Shown here: piece by piece, positions 26,983 to 39,450 of the stretch
Numbering within the stretch: the stretch's first letter is position 1
Layout of the letters: the number at the start of each line of letters is the position of its first letter
Assembly: GCF_020745735.1 (NCBI RefSeq)
Contig: NC_083413.1
Location: 6,324,001-6,388,000 of the forward strand
Direction: 5' to 3'
DNA: 64,000 nt
Source: Hemiscyllium ocellatum
Taxonomy: Eukaryota
The notes under the pieces: model-generated
Databases searched by the model: none
What the model saw: the letters and a program-made list of their open reading frames with translations, nothing else
What the model was told of the DNA's origin: nothing
Position numbers and translations under genes: made by a program

Positions 26983-27538
26983 CTATTCAAGCCGACCCAA
27001 CAAAGGTGGAATAGGCCATTCAGCCACTATCCTTATGTCCTTATAAAACATTGCTCCATCTCCAATTTTTTCTTTAAATCCTTGAACGTACTGATATTTC
27101 CCAAATCCACATGCATCCCTTCTTTTAACTTCAGGTTACATTAAAACGAATCTAAACCAAGTCACAAATTATATTCAGTGTGTGTGACCACTGTACATTA
27201 TATCTCTTCACTTCCTCCTCAACATTTCTGCTAGGTTAGACACAACTAATTGCAATGTCTATTCATCCAGTTCAGTGGAACTCTCCTCATCTGGTTTTCT
27301 ACTTTCCATGTTAACTTGGCTCAATGGTTGAAGCTATACTTCTGAGTATTGAGTGCAGGACCAACTATAGAAACTTGAACACTGAACCTATAGCCACACG
27401 TCACTGCAGTACTAAAATCATATTATACTTTCTGACATGCCATCTTTCAGATCAAGCATTAGATCCAAGGTGTGGATCTTGCTCTAGTGAACATACGTGG
27501 CTCAACTCAAAGAAGAGGGAAATTTTCCCAGTGTGTTG

Positions 27539-28512
27539 TGTGACGTAAGGTGATATACATATTTCAATCAATATGTTTGTTAGCATCAATGATCTGATGA
27601 CTGCCAATTGCACATACTCAGCCAATTATTTCCAACTGCGTAAGTGCACACCCATGCACAACATTCAGGCGATTTTTAAAAATTAACAATTCTACTTGGC
27701 TTAATGTGTTAATTCTTCTTAACCCCAATATATTCTGACACAACTTTTGGATTTTATTGGGCAGTTTTGCAGAAGTCTTGGGTAAATCTTAAAACAGTTG
27801 CTGCTGAGAAAGGGAGGTGGTTTAGGATACTGCTATCCCAGTGAAAGGAGTTGAATTTAAAAGTTCAAAACTGTTTGGTTAAAATCCTGAAACGGTTCAA
27901 GTGTCCAAACAGAGCCTTCAGATTCTGAAGACAGAGACAATAAACGACAACTAATTAAATTAAGCCTTTTGTGTGATATAGAAGAGAATTCTCCACAGTT
28001 TGAGTCTTGTAAAAGGAGAGTTTTTTTGGGATTAAGAGATTGTTTTTAAACCAAAAATATAATTCAAAAATCTATAAGTTAATGATATACCCAAGTAGTT
28101 TTTTTTAATTTAATCTGTTTTTCTATTCAACTTGTTCAGAGATGTCATTACTGAGCTAAAAATGTGTTGCTGGAAAAGCGCAGCAGGTCAGGCAGCATCC
28201 AAGGAACAGGAGAATCGACGTTTCGGGCATAAGCCCTTCGTCATTACCTACCTTTGGAGCAGGTGGGTCTCGAATGTGAACCTGCTGGTTCAGGATACGG
28301 ACACTATTACTGTGCAATAATGTTCACTCAAGTTTAATTTCATTTTTTTTTCTCAATGATATTCTGCTTTATTGATAAATCTGAATCTGCAGTATTTCCT
28401 GTTTTTGTTCCATTGAAAAATCATCTCATTAAAACCAAAGCAAATCTATCAAGCCAGGTTTCAGTCTGCATTTAACTGAACAAGTCAGTTCCATTAGCTA
28501 GGAACATAAACA
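27539..28512 (+). mobile_element. Possible older solo LTR with nested SINE and PLE fragment
   Basis: TGTGAC start and cataaACA end, similar to the 26438 LTR. Flanks gttg/gctg (1 mismatch). Confidence 0.35.
28152..28239 (-). mobile_element. Family A pLTR fragment nested in a short SINE
   Basis: TSD gtcattac at 28144-28151 and 28240-28247. Truncated within the HHR core. Confidence 0.8.
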
Positions 28513-28711
28513 GCTGGTCCTCAAAGAACTTCAGTAAAAGACTGCACCTAGTCAATTGTTTCATTGCTGTTTGGGGAATATTGCAGAGCACTAGCTTGTT
28601 GTCATAATTTATTCAGTTATGTAAAAGTATTTAATTGGCTGCGATGCATTTTGCAAAGTTATAGGAAAGACAATACATAACTACAAATTATTTATTTCTG
28701 TACACAGATCC

Positions 28712-28756
<45 letters not shown>

Positions 28757-28780
28757 TACACGCGCACACACGCACACACA
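28712..28780. repeat. (AT)n(AC)n compound microsatellite
   Basis: Directly visible. Confidence 0.95.
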
Positions 28781-30024
28781 CTCCCTGATGGTACAAAGCT
28801 CCACTCTCCACCATGTCCTGATCCTTCCACTGCCAGAATGCCTGTCCAATATTCAATGAGATTAACTAAAATTTCCTCCATTTAAATACTGGAAACATCA
28901 AAACCATTTTCTCTAACCCCGTCAGATTTCTTTATCTCTCCATCACCACTTTTGTCACCGCCAGAAGCTAAACCAGCCTGTTGTTAACCTCACCATCATC
29001 CTAATCAAGGTTTTCATCCTTAAACTCTCTATATCACAAGGCCATCTATTTCCACCAGTCATGTTACCTTCCTTAATAATGGTCTTTGAAATCCTTATTA
29101 CATCCATGAGAGTTTCAATGATCTTCAAACTGCTTTGAGTATCCTACCCCTTATCAGATCCTATTTTTCTCTGACTTCTGTCCATTTTGTCTGACATCAA
29201 CATACAATCCTGAGGAGGAAGAAAGTCATGCTTCCTACAACCTCAGAACACTGCATTGTTTTACAGCCAATTAAATGTATTTTGGAAAGCAGTTAGTGCC
29301 ACAGCCTATGTTCTTGCAATAAAATCATGCACTGTAATGTGATATTAGGGGGAAGTGATAGCCTAATGGTATTATTGTTGGACTGTTAAACCAGAGACCC
29401 GGATAATGTTCTGGGGATACAGGTTCGGAGACCGCCATGGCAAATGGTAGAACTTGAATATAATAAAAATTTGGAACCCTTTGGGGAAAGAAACTGCCAA
29501 TCTTACCTGGTCTGGCCTATGTGACTACAGACCCACAGCAACATGGTTGACTTCTCTCTGGGCAATTAGGGATGGGCAATAAATACTGGTCTAACTAGCA
29601 ATACCTACATGACATGAATGAAAAGTTTACCAGATCAGTTGTTTGAGAGATATTGTTCAGTAGATATGCACTGACAATACACCAGACAGAGCTCCCAGGG
29701 TCTCCTTCAATAGAGTGCCATAGGATCTTTTGGCATACAACAAAAAGTTTAACTTCTCATCTGAAAGATAATTCCAACAGGACTGTAGCTTCTGAGACTA
29801 GATTTTACACAATCTGCAGCAAGCCACAATCACACATGCAAATGGCACAGATGTGATGAAGCCACAGCTATAATAGAGACACATTATCTAAACAAGATAA
29901 ACAGTAATTACAAAAACACATTTGAATGGCTGTTGTGGTGCAGTCACCCAGGAGGCTTGGGTTCAAGTCCCACCAGTTCAGAGATGTGTCATAAAATCTC
30001 AGAACAGGCTGATGCCCAGCATCA

Positions 30025-30260
30025 GGGCAAAAAGTGAGGAATGCAGATGCTGTAGATCAGAGGACAATTAGTGTGATGCTGGAAAAACACAGCAGGTCAG
30101 GCAGCATCCAAGGAGCAAGAAGATCGATGATTCGGGCAATAGCCCCTGATCCGGAATGAGGAATTACTGATGAAGGGCTTTTGCCTGAAATGTCAATTTT
30201 CCTGCTCCTCGAATACTGCCTGACCTGCTGAGCTTTTCCAGCACCACTCTAATCTTGACT
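30025..30260. mobile_element. Family A fold-back mini-element
   Basis: Exact 16-bp TSD ctgatgcccagcatca at 30009-30024 and 30261-30276. Confidence 0.85.
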
Positions 30261-30578
30261 CTGATGCCCAGCATCATTTTGTTTCTCAGATTGATGTTTT
30301 GATTCGCATTAAGAGATAAGATGATTTGAGATCTCTCTGCCTACAAGCTCTGTGCTTGAGTGCTTCCCTTCACTTCAGCCGACAAAGGAGCAGCACTTTG
30401 CAAGCTTGTGACTTCAATAAACCTATGTCTTAAGATTTCTGACCAAGAAATAAAATAACACGTTGCACTGGAATAACTAAGAGTCAAGATCACAGCACCA
30501 TCAATCAAATGTATAATTTTCCTTCCAAAAGAATCCAAAACGTGGTCAAAAGCATTAAACTAGGGCAGACTCGGTGGA

Positions 30579-30666
30579 AATGTGTTGCTGGTTAAAGTGC
30601 AGCAGGTTAGGCAGCATCCAAGGAACAGGAAATTCGACGTTTCGGGCCAGAGCCCTTCATCAGGAA
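30579..30666 (-). mobile_element. Family A 88-bp pLTR fragment in ATR intron 1
   Basis: Almost identical to 60816-60904. TSD tcggtgga at 30571-30578 and 30667-30674. Confidence 0.88.
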
Positions 30667-30668
30667 TC
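30631..30668 (-). ncRNA. Minimal type I hammerhead ribozyme motif (sense to ATR intron 1)
   Basis: GAUUC-CUGAUGA-A-GGGC(UCUG)GCCC-GAAAC-GUC^GAAUU. Confidence 0.75.
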
Positions 30669-30948
30669 GGTGGACCCAATAGCCTTGACCTCGTCCTATT
30701 CCTTATCAGACTTTTAAGTCGTTTAAGAGCATTTCAATTAAAACATTTCAGATTTGACAATAACACAATCGGATGGTGTGTATCTGAATGAGATAAGGTT
30801 GAAGAGTTAATCTGGAAGGTGTCAGTGAGGAGGTTTCCAGCTCGGGTCAGCTCAGACACTCAGATGTCCCGCTTTTACAGGGGCCTACTCCCTCTCTCTC
30901 TCTCTCTCTGCTCCAGGGGAGCAAGGCAAAGGCACGAAAACAGCTCAC

Positions 30949-31007
30949 CTCTCCAACTCCCGCAGAGCCGGCAGGATGGAGGCCATCTCCAGGCCCTGTT
31001 CACACAT
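30949..31007 (-). CDS. ATR: ATR serine/threonine kinase, coding exon 1 (59 bp, start codon)
   Basis: Minus strand reads ATG TGT GAA CAG... = MCEQGLEMASILPALRELE, matching the human ATR N-terminus MGEHGLELASMIPALRELG. Donor AG|GTGAGC. Confidence 0.95.
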
Positions 31008-31009
31008 CC

Positions 31010-31870
31010 TGTCAGAAACACCCACCTCCCGAACACACTCGGCGGTCTCACTTCAAATTTAACCCCGTTCTCACAGAGCGCTGACAAAACCGCGCCACCG
31101 GCCTGACCCCGCCCACTCAGGGCACAGGGGCGGGGACTATCACTGGGCCCGCCCACTCAGTGCACAGCGGCGGGGACTATCACTGGGCCCGCCCACTCAG
31201 TGCACAGCGGCGGGGACTATCACTGACCCCCGCCCACTCAGGGCACAGGGGCGGGGACTATCACTGGGCCCGCCCACTCAGGGCACAGGGGCGGGGACTA
31301 TCACTAACCCCCGCCCACTCAGGGCACAGGGGCGGGGACTATCACTGGGCCCGCCCACTCAGTGCACAGCGGCGGGGACTATCACTGACCCCGCCCCACA
31401 CCGTGCACATAAGCGGTGGACTATCAGTGGGCCCGCCCATTCAGTGCGCGGGGTGGGTAATCACTGATCCCGCCCACTTGAATCATTGACCTAGCTCTCT
31501 CGGAGCATAGGGCGGGGCGAATTCTGACCGCGCCCATCTCGTGGCACCCGACGTACGCCGCCCGCTCACATTGGAGCCCAGTCCGGCCTCGCTTTGATCT
31601 CGCCACGCCCACTCGGGGGGACACGTGCGTGGTTTCTATCACGTGCGCCTGTCCGTCTCCACAACCTCACGGTGTAAGTGACGCCTCCACGGCTCTGAGC
31701 TCTTTGATTGGCTCAGCCGGCCGTCCGCGGATTAGCCGCACTGTCCGGGCTATCTGATTGGTTTCGTCCATTGGTCACGCACACTCGAGGTGCACGCGCT
31801 AAATTTGAACGCGGGCGGGAGTGGGAGCAATGCCTGTTGGTAAAATCCGTTAGAGATGTGAGTAGGCTGT
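31010..31870. promoter_or_regulatory. CpG-island promoter of ATR, apparently bidirectional
   Basis: High GC/CpG. GC boxes; CACGTG E-boxes at ~31622 and ~31640; inverted CCAAT (ATTGG) at ~31707, ~31757 and ~31770; TTTGAA (CHR) on minus at 31052-31057 and on plus at 31804-31809; plus-strand donor GTGAGT at 31858. Confidence 0.75.
31103..31480. repeat. GC-rich minisatellite, 40-41 bp unit, 7 near-perfect plus about 2 degenerate copies
   Basis: Unit CACTG(G/A)(G/C)CCCGCCCACTCAG(G/T)GCACAG(G/C)GGCGGGGACTAT is directly visible. Confidence 0.95.
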
Positions 31871-32394
31871 TTAGTTCATTGATTATATACTCACCCAGGC
31901 AGCAATGCTGACCATTGAGTTACCTCACAAATCCCCTGGGCTCGATGGTGTCTACTTGGTGCAGGGGAATTGGGGAGTAACAATCTTGTAAGTCAGAGGT
32001 TTAGTAATCTTAGTGGATCTAACCACTGGAATTGTTGGTGTATGATGAAACTGAGGGATTTAATAAATCATTTTCATCTTTAAATTATGCAAGTTAGTTT
32101 GGTAATCAGGTCGCAACACCTGATTGGAATAATCTATGGGAAATATCTGATGGGAATTAATAGCCTAATCTATTGGAAATGCCTGGTGGTAGTAATTTAT
32201 GTGAGGAATTGGGGAAATGTTGGGATATGGAGAGCAATAAATGGTCTGGATTTTCTGGGAGCTGATACTGCTGTGCTTGTTGCAATGGGCAAGGCAGGAA
32301 GTCTCATTTGAAAATATCATTCACAAAGAATCTCATGGATTATGAAAGATATTAAGGTGAACCCATTTCATCACTTTGTTGGTTGGTTAATATT

Positions 32395-33638
32395 GTGCCA
32401 ATGTTTAAGAAAGGTGGTCAGGAAAAACTGTGGAACTATAGACCGGTGAGCCTGACGTGGGTGGTGGGCACTTTGTTGGAGGGAATCCTGAGGGACAGGA
32501 TTTGGAAAGGCAGGGACTGAATAGGGATCATCATCATAGCTTTGTATGTGGAAAATCATGTCTCACAAACTTGATTTAGGGGTTTTTTTTAAGAAGTAGC
32601 AAGGTTAGATCTCATGGAACACTGAGAACTAGCCATTTGCTACAGAATTGGCTTGAAGGTAGAAGACGTGGTGGTGGAGGGTTGCTTTTCATACTGGAGG
32701 TCTGTGACCAGTAGTTTGCCAAAAGGATCAGTGCTGGGTCCACTACTTTTCTTCATTTATATAAATGATTTGGCTGTGAACATAGGAGGTATAGTTAGTA
32801 AGTTTGCAGATGGCACCAAAATTGGAGGTGTAGTGGACAGCAAAGAAGGTTACCTCTGAGTACAGTTGGATCTTGATCAGATGGGCCAAGGAGTGCCAGA
32901 TGGGGTTTAATTTAGATAAATGCGTGGTGTTGCATATTGGAAAAGCAAATCTGAGCAGGACTTATACCCTTAGTGATAAGGTCCTAGGGAGTGTTGCTGA
33001 ACAAAAATCTTTGAGTGCAGGTTCATAGCTCCTTGAAAGTAGAGTTGCAGGTAGATAGGATCGTGAAGAAGATGTTTAGTATGCTTTCCTTTATTGGTCA
33101 GAACATTGAGTACACTGGTTGGGAGGTTATGTTGCAGCTGTACAGGACATTGGTTGGTTTCAGAAAAGATTTACAAGAATGTTGCCAGGGTTGGAGGATT
33201 TGATCTATAGGGAGAAGTTGAATAGGCTGGGGCTGTTTTCCTTGGAGAGTCAGGCTGAGGGGTGACCTTAGAAGTTTATAAAATCATAAGGGGTGTGGAT
33301 AGGATAAATTGACAAGGTATTTTCCCTGCGTTGGAGGAGTCCAGAACTAGATGGCGTAGGTTTATGGTGAGGGGATAGATTTAAAAGGGACCTGAGGGAC
33401 AATGTTTTGACATAGAGGGTGATGCATGCATGTATGGAATGAACTGCCAGAGAAAGTCTTGGAGGTTTGTATAATTACAGCATTTAAAAGGCATCTGGAT
33501 GGGTACATGAATAGGAAGGGTTTAGAGGGATATGGACCAAGTGTTAGCAAATGGGACTAGATTAGGTTAGGATATCTGGTTGGCATGGACAAGTTGGACC
33601 AAATGATCTGTTTCCATGATGCACATCTCTATGACTCA
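32395..33638 (+). mobile_element. CR1 LINE, truncated RT plus 3' end
   Basis: PKGSVLGPLLFFIYINDL...SKFADGTKIGG; tail ctctatgactc. Confidence 0.88.
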
Positions 33639-34815
33639 ATAAATGTCAAAGGAGTAACAGCCCAAACCTCAACTTTGTCAGTTTCTAACTATTTCACTGG
33701 CACTTTATAGACACCTTCTGAATATCTGGTTTGTTCTCACAGAAATAACTCAAATGATCTCAGTGTTGAGATTACACAGGCATTTGCAAACTCTATGATG
33801 ATGAAGACTACGTCAAGGGAAAGATCCTGGGAGATATTTTTCTAATCAACCAATTCAGCTATCTTATTACATTGCTAGAAAGTAGAGCTGGAAAGGCACG
33901 GCTGGTCAGGCAGCATCAAAGGAGCTGGAAAATTGACATCCCTGACGCAGTTGGGACTGGAACCACTACGTCTTGGTTCTGTGGTAGGGACTTTGCCACT
34001 TTGCTCCAAGACTCCTCTCAATTTAACTTGAGAAAGTTATATCAATAACTGATTTCACGTTTCTCTGATGTGAGGATGACTAATAAGAATTATTGTCTGC
34101 AGCCTATTCTTGAGATTTTTTCCAAGATCCACCTCCAATAATTATAGCAATTCACTGTGTCAAATTACACTGAGAAATATCCACTCTTGGTGAAAATGAC
34201 TCATTCTGAGTAAATTCATATAATTGCCATATGATTTCCCCTTAATAGAATTTATTCCCTTGTAATGGCAATTATTTATCCTGCAGGTTTTTCTTTTACA
34301 CATTAATTGAATTTATTGCCTTTAAGGTGTTGGTGAGCTGCTTTGTTCAATCACTGCAGTCCGTTTGGTATAGCCAGATGCAATGCTGTTAGGGAAGGAG
34401 CTCCAGGCCTTTGACCCAGCAACAGAAGAATTTTTAAACTTGCAAGTTTTCCTCCAGGCTATTCATCAAGTTGTGCTGTTCACTGTGAATAACATTACTT
34501 CACAATCTCTCTCTCAGAAGCTGTTTGACCAGATGTATTTTTGTACCACTCTGTTTTTATTTCAGATCACCAGGTGGGACTAGATTGGGTTGGGATATCT
34601 GGTTGGCATGGACAGGTTGGACCGAAGGGTCTGTTTCCATGCTGTACGTCTCTATGACTAGCATCTGCAGTTTTTACTTTGCATTCGTGACACAAAACTT
34701 GGAAATGTAATAATGAGTTATGTTGTCATTGACCAAAAAATGAACTGGAATTATCATCTAAGTTCTGTGGCTACAAGATCAAGTCAGAGACTAGGAGTCT
34801 TGCAACAGGTGACAA

Positions 34816-35126
34816 GGGCAGCATGGTGACTGAATGGTTAGCACTGCAGCCTCATAGCATCATGGACCTGCGTTCAGTTCCAGCCTTGGGCTACTGTCTG
34901 TGTGGAGTTTGCACATTCTACCCCTGTCTTTGTGGTTTTCCTCCGGGTGCTCTGGTTTCCTCCCACAATCCAAAGATGTGCAGGTCAGGTGGATTCGCCA
35001 TGCCAAATTGTCCATTGTGTTAGGTGCATTAGTCAGAGAGAGATGGGTCTGGGTGGGTTGATCTTCAGAGGGTCGGTGTGGACTTGTTGGGCCAAAGGGT
35101 CTGTTTCCACACTCGGGAATTTAATC
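34816..35126 (+). mobile_element. HE1-like V-SINE
   Basis: Same motifs as 21863. Confidence 0.85.
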
Positions 35127-35174
35127 TTTTTTAAAAAAAAAGTAATCCATTTCTGACCAATTGCTGAGGTCCTT

Positions 35175-35497
35175 GCATGGTGGCACAGTGGTTAGCACTG
35201 CTGCCTCACAGCGCCAGAGACCTGGGTTCAATTCCATAACTCATTATTACATTTCCAAGTTCTCGCCGTGTCTGCATGGGTTTCCTCCGGGTGCTCCGGT
35301 TTCCTCCCACAGTCCAAAGATGTGCAGGTTAGGTGAATTGGCCATGCTAAATTGCCCATAGTGTTAGGTAAAGGTGTAAATGTAGGGGAACAGGTAGGTT
35401 GCGCTTCGGCAGGTCGGTGTGGACTTGTTGGGCCGAAGGGCCTGTTTCCACACAGTAAGTAATCTAATCTAATTATCTAATATCTAAGTAATCTAAT
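35175..35497 (+). mobile_element. HE1-like V-SINE with (TAATC)n tail
   Basis: Same motifs as 21863. Confidence 0.85.
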
Positions 35498-37919
35498 GGC
35501 AGCAGCTTCCATAATTGGCACGCCGATCACCGTGCATGAAATGTAGGAGTGGTGCTTGCCTCCTAAAAACCTATCCATCATCTACAAGGCACTAGTCAGG
35601 AGTGTGATGAATAACTCCCCATTGGCCTGGATGTATACAGCTCCAAATATTAAGGAAGTTTGTCATCCTCCAGGACAAAGCAGCACACTCGATTGACACC
35701 GCATCTACAAACATTCAGTCCCTCCACTACCAACACTCAGTAGTAGCAGCAGCGTGTACTCATGAGAAGATGCATTGCAGAAGTTCACTAAAGCTTCTTA
35801 AATAACACCTTCCAAACCCAAAACCACATTGAGTGAGAAGGACAAGAGCAGCAGATACATAGAAACACCACCACCTGCAAGTTCCCCACCAAGCCATCAC
35901 CGTACTGACTTAGAAATGAACAATCAGTATCACTGGGTCAAAATCCTGGAATTTCCTCTCTGACAGCATTGTGGGTATACCTACACCAAATGGACTGCAG
36001 CAATTCAAGACGACAATTCACAATTTCCTTGAGAGCAACTAGGGATGGGCAATACATGCCAGCCCAGCAAGCAACATCCACATCCAATGGTAAATGACTA
36101 AGAATAAAAAAAGTGTCAATCTCTGGAATTGTGTATAATTCATCAGTGCTACAGATTTCCTTTATTTACTGGATTTTGGTTTTACTGATAAGATAGCCAT
36201 TTATTGCCTGTCCTTAAACAGCTTAGATACCACAGTTACACTCTAAGGCATTTCAAAGGGGGTATAAGAGTCAACTACATTGCTGCATGTCAGGAATCAC
36301 ATTTAGTCCAGCCTAGGTAAGGATAGCAGATTTGTTTCCTTATAGGACATTGTATTTTTGTAACTATGCTTCTAACACGCATCTAACATTGGCATTTACC
36401 TGGTTATGTCAAAAATTGCTCAGGTATTTCTGTCCATAAAAAAAAATACACTTGGTCAATTACTGCCCCATCAGTTCATTGTTATTTGTCAGCAAAGTGA
36501 TGGAAGGTTCTTCAGCAGTGCTATCAATTGGCACTTAATATAACCTGCTCACTGATTCTCAGTTTGGTTTCTGACCTCATTACAGCCATAGTCCAAACAT
36601 GCACAAAACAGCAAACTCTAAAGGTGAGGTGACGTCAAGGCAGCATCTGATCAAGAGTAGCACCAAGGAGCCCTTGCAAATGCAATCAGATAAAACCTTT
36701 CATTGGTTGGAGTCTTACTTGACACAAAGGGAAATGGTTGTGGTTGTTGGAAGTCAATTATCTCAACTCCAGGACATTATTGCAGAAGTTCCTCGGGGTG
36801 GTGTCCTTGACCCAAACATTTTTAGCTGCTTCATCAATGCACTTTCCATCAAAATGTCAAAAGTGGGAATATTTACCAACCATTACACAATTTTCTGAAT
36901 CATTCCTGACTCTTCAGACACTGAAGCAATCCATAGGAAATTGCAACAAAACCTGGTCAACTTTCAGGTTTAGGCTGAAAACTGGCAAGTGATGTTGGCA
37001 CCACACAAGTCCCAGATAATGACCATCTCCAACAAGAGAGAATCCAATCATCACCCCTTGACACCGAATGGCATCATAATCATTGAGTCCCCATAATCAA
37101 CATCCTAGGAGTTACCATTGACCAAAATGTGAACTGGACCAGTCATATAAATGTAATGCCTACAAGAACAGGTCAGAGGCTAGGAATCCTGTCATGCATA
37201 ACAAAAATATGAACTCATGAACTGGAACTAAACTTTAGTCTTCAGCAGCCATATGGATATTTACTGCAGATCTTTGAATAACCAAAGCAGTAAAACAAAC
37301 ACAATACTTGTGTCCCATGCTGTATGTGAATGTTGGTTTATTCTATACCTATTGATCTCTGGTGCTGCAAATGTAAATGCTGTGGTACATATCACTCTCT
37401 GGCAGTATAATGGAGTTTAGGAAATTCTGAACCTCTTCTTATTATTTGTGTACAGGTATATGAGATTTATTCCATACTGACTATCCTATTACGTTATTTG
37501 TCACTGATGGATTCATTCACCAGAATCTTTCACTCCTTGATACTGAGAGTCAGTTTGGGTATAATCCTTTCAGTTATATAGCATGTGATTGGAGAATTCA
37601 TTTTGCATCTCTTAGTCTCTGGTGCCATTTGTGTATATGACATTCATTGTATATTTGGAAGACCCTCATGTTGTAATGATACCTGGAAATTAGGTATACC
37701 TGTCAGGCTTTGGCACTCTGGATGTATGTGAGATTCATTTTGTGCTTGACATTTTGTGGTAATATGTATGTGTGGCATACTAATTTAACCAGGTATTTCA
37801 CAACAAAAACAAAAATAGAAATTGCTGGAAAAACTCAGCGGATCTGTCATCATCTGTAGACAGAAATGAGAGTTAATGTTTCTTGTCCAGTGACACTTTT
37901 TCAGAACTGTCAGGTGTCG

Positions 37920-39450
37920 TGCATCAGCCTTCACTACAGATAATAACAAGTAATGTCCCAGAAGTAGCAACAAATCAAGAAAAGAAAGGGAGAGAGGAGT
38001 TCTGGAAAATCACATATGGCAGAGAGGTGGTACTGAGTAAATGGTTGGAACTCCAGGTTGACAGTTGCCTGATCTTGATGACTTTGTCATAAGAGTCATA
38101 AAAATGTGATTAGTAAGAAAATTGAGGCAATGGTTTTAATTTTCCAAAACTTCTTTCTGGGAAGATCTCATTAGGTTGGAAGGTAAGAAGTTCAAAAAAG
38201 GAGGGAACAGACAGCAAGAAATTACAGGCCAGTTGGCTGAACAACTGTCAAAGGGAGAAGGTTAAAAGCAATTCTTAAAGAAGTTACAGCAGGACAAGTT
38301 CAAGTTAATCAGGCAGACTCAACGTGGTTTTGTGAAAGGGAAATTATGTATAACCAATTTGTTGGAGTTCTTTGAGGAACTAACAAGCTGTGGATGGATA
38401 CTACTAAGATTTCCAAAAAACATTTGATAAAGTGTCATGTCAAAAGTTATCATGAACAATAATAGCTCGTGGTGTAGTGAGTTGCTTGTTGACATGAAAA
38501 AAAATGCCTTTTTTTATTTATTCATGAGATGACGGCATTGCTGGCAGTTAAGAGTCAACCTATTTCTGTGGGTCTGACAGTTCAAAATGGAATTGTGGTT
38601 TTCACTCGGCTCTTAGTTCAAGATTTTATTGAATTCAAATTTCACCACTTTCCATGGCAGGATTGAAACCCAGGTCCCTGGGATGGTTTGTAGATCTCTC
38701 AATTAACAGTCAGTGATATGCTGTCACTGTTCCTCCCCATCTTACGAAATGAAAGCAGAAAGTAAGCATAAATGGGTCCTTTAAAGGTTAGCAAGATGTA
38801 ATAAATGGTGTACCACAGGGTTTAGTGTAGAGACCTCAATTGTTCACAATTTATATCAATGACTTCAATGAAGGAACAGAAGTATGTTTACCAAAAATAG
38901 GGAAGAAAGCAGTTTTGAAGAGGACTTGAGGTTACAAGAGGATGAATTTAGTGAACAGGCAAAGATCTTGTAAAGGAAATATTAATGTCAGAAGATGTGA
39001 GATTGTCCATTTTTGCAAGGTCTATGAAAAAGAAGCATATTATCTAAATGGTGACAGATTGCAGAGCTCTGAGAATTAGAGGGATCTGGCTGTCCTAGTT
39101 CATGAATCATAAAATATTAATAGCAGGTACAGCAAGTAATTAAGAATGCTAAAGGTATGTTATTATTTATTGTGAGGGGAATTGAATACTGAAGAAGGGA
39201 AGTTATGCTTCAGTTATACAAGGTACCAATTAGACTTACATCTGGAGTACTGTGCACAGTATTGGTCACTTTATTTAAGGAATGATGTAAATGCATTAAC
39301 AGAGAAGGGTTACCAGACTAATACATGGTATGGGTGTTTTGTTTTATGAGGAAATGTTGCACAAACTTTGCTGGTTTTAGAACAGTGAGTGAAACATGCA
39401 AGATCCTGAGGGGCTTGATAGAATACTTGTGGAAAGGATGTTTCCCATTT
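37920..39450 (+). mobile_element. Decayed CR1 ORF2 fragment with nested minus-strand SINE (~38510-38740)
   Basis: Degenerate NYRPV, QxGFVKG and GVPQG motifs. Confidence 0.7.

Larger units (their letters stand above)
34720..37190 (+). mobile_element. CR1/L2-clade LINE fragments of a second family, with two nested SINEs
   Basis: WLESYLTQREMVVVV...VPRGGVLDPNIFSCFINAL (ORF 36599..36898); 3' tail gggatgggcaata...aataaaaaa at ~36110. Confidence 0.7.

Noticed and set aside
31103-31480. CRISPR-like array or coding repeat (ORF 31160..31489)
   Set aside because: No unique spacers, eukaryotic context, and the ORF is only the translated minisatellite.
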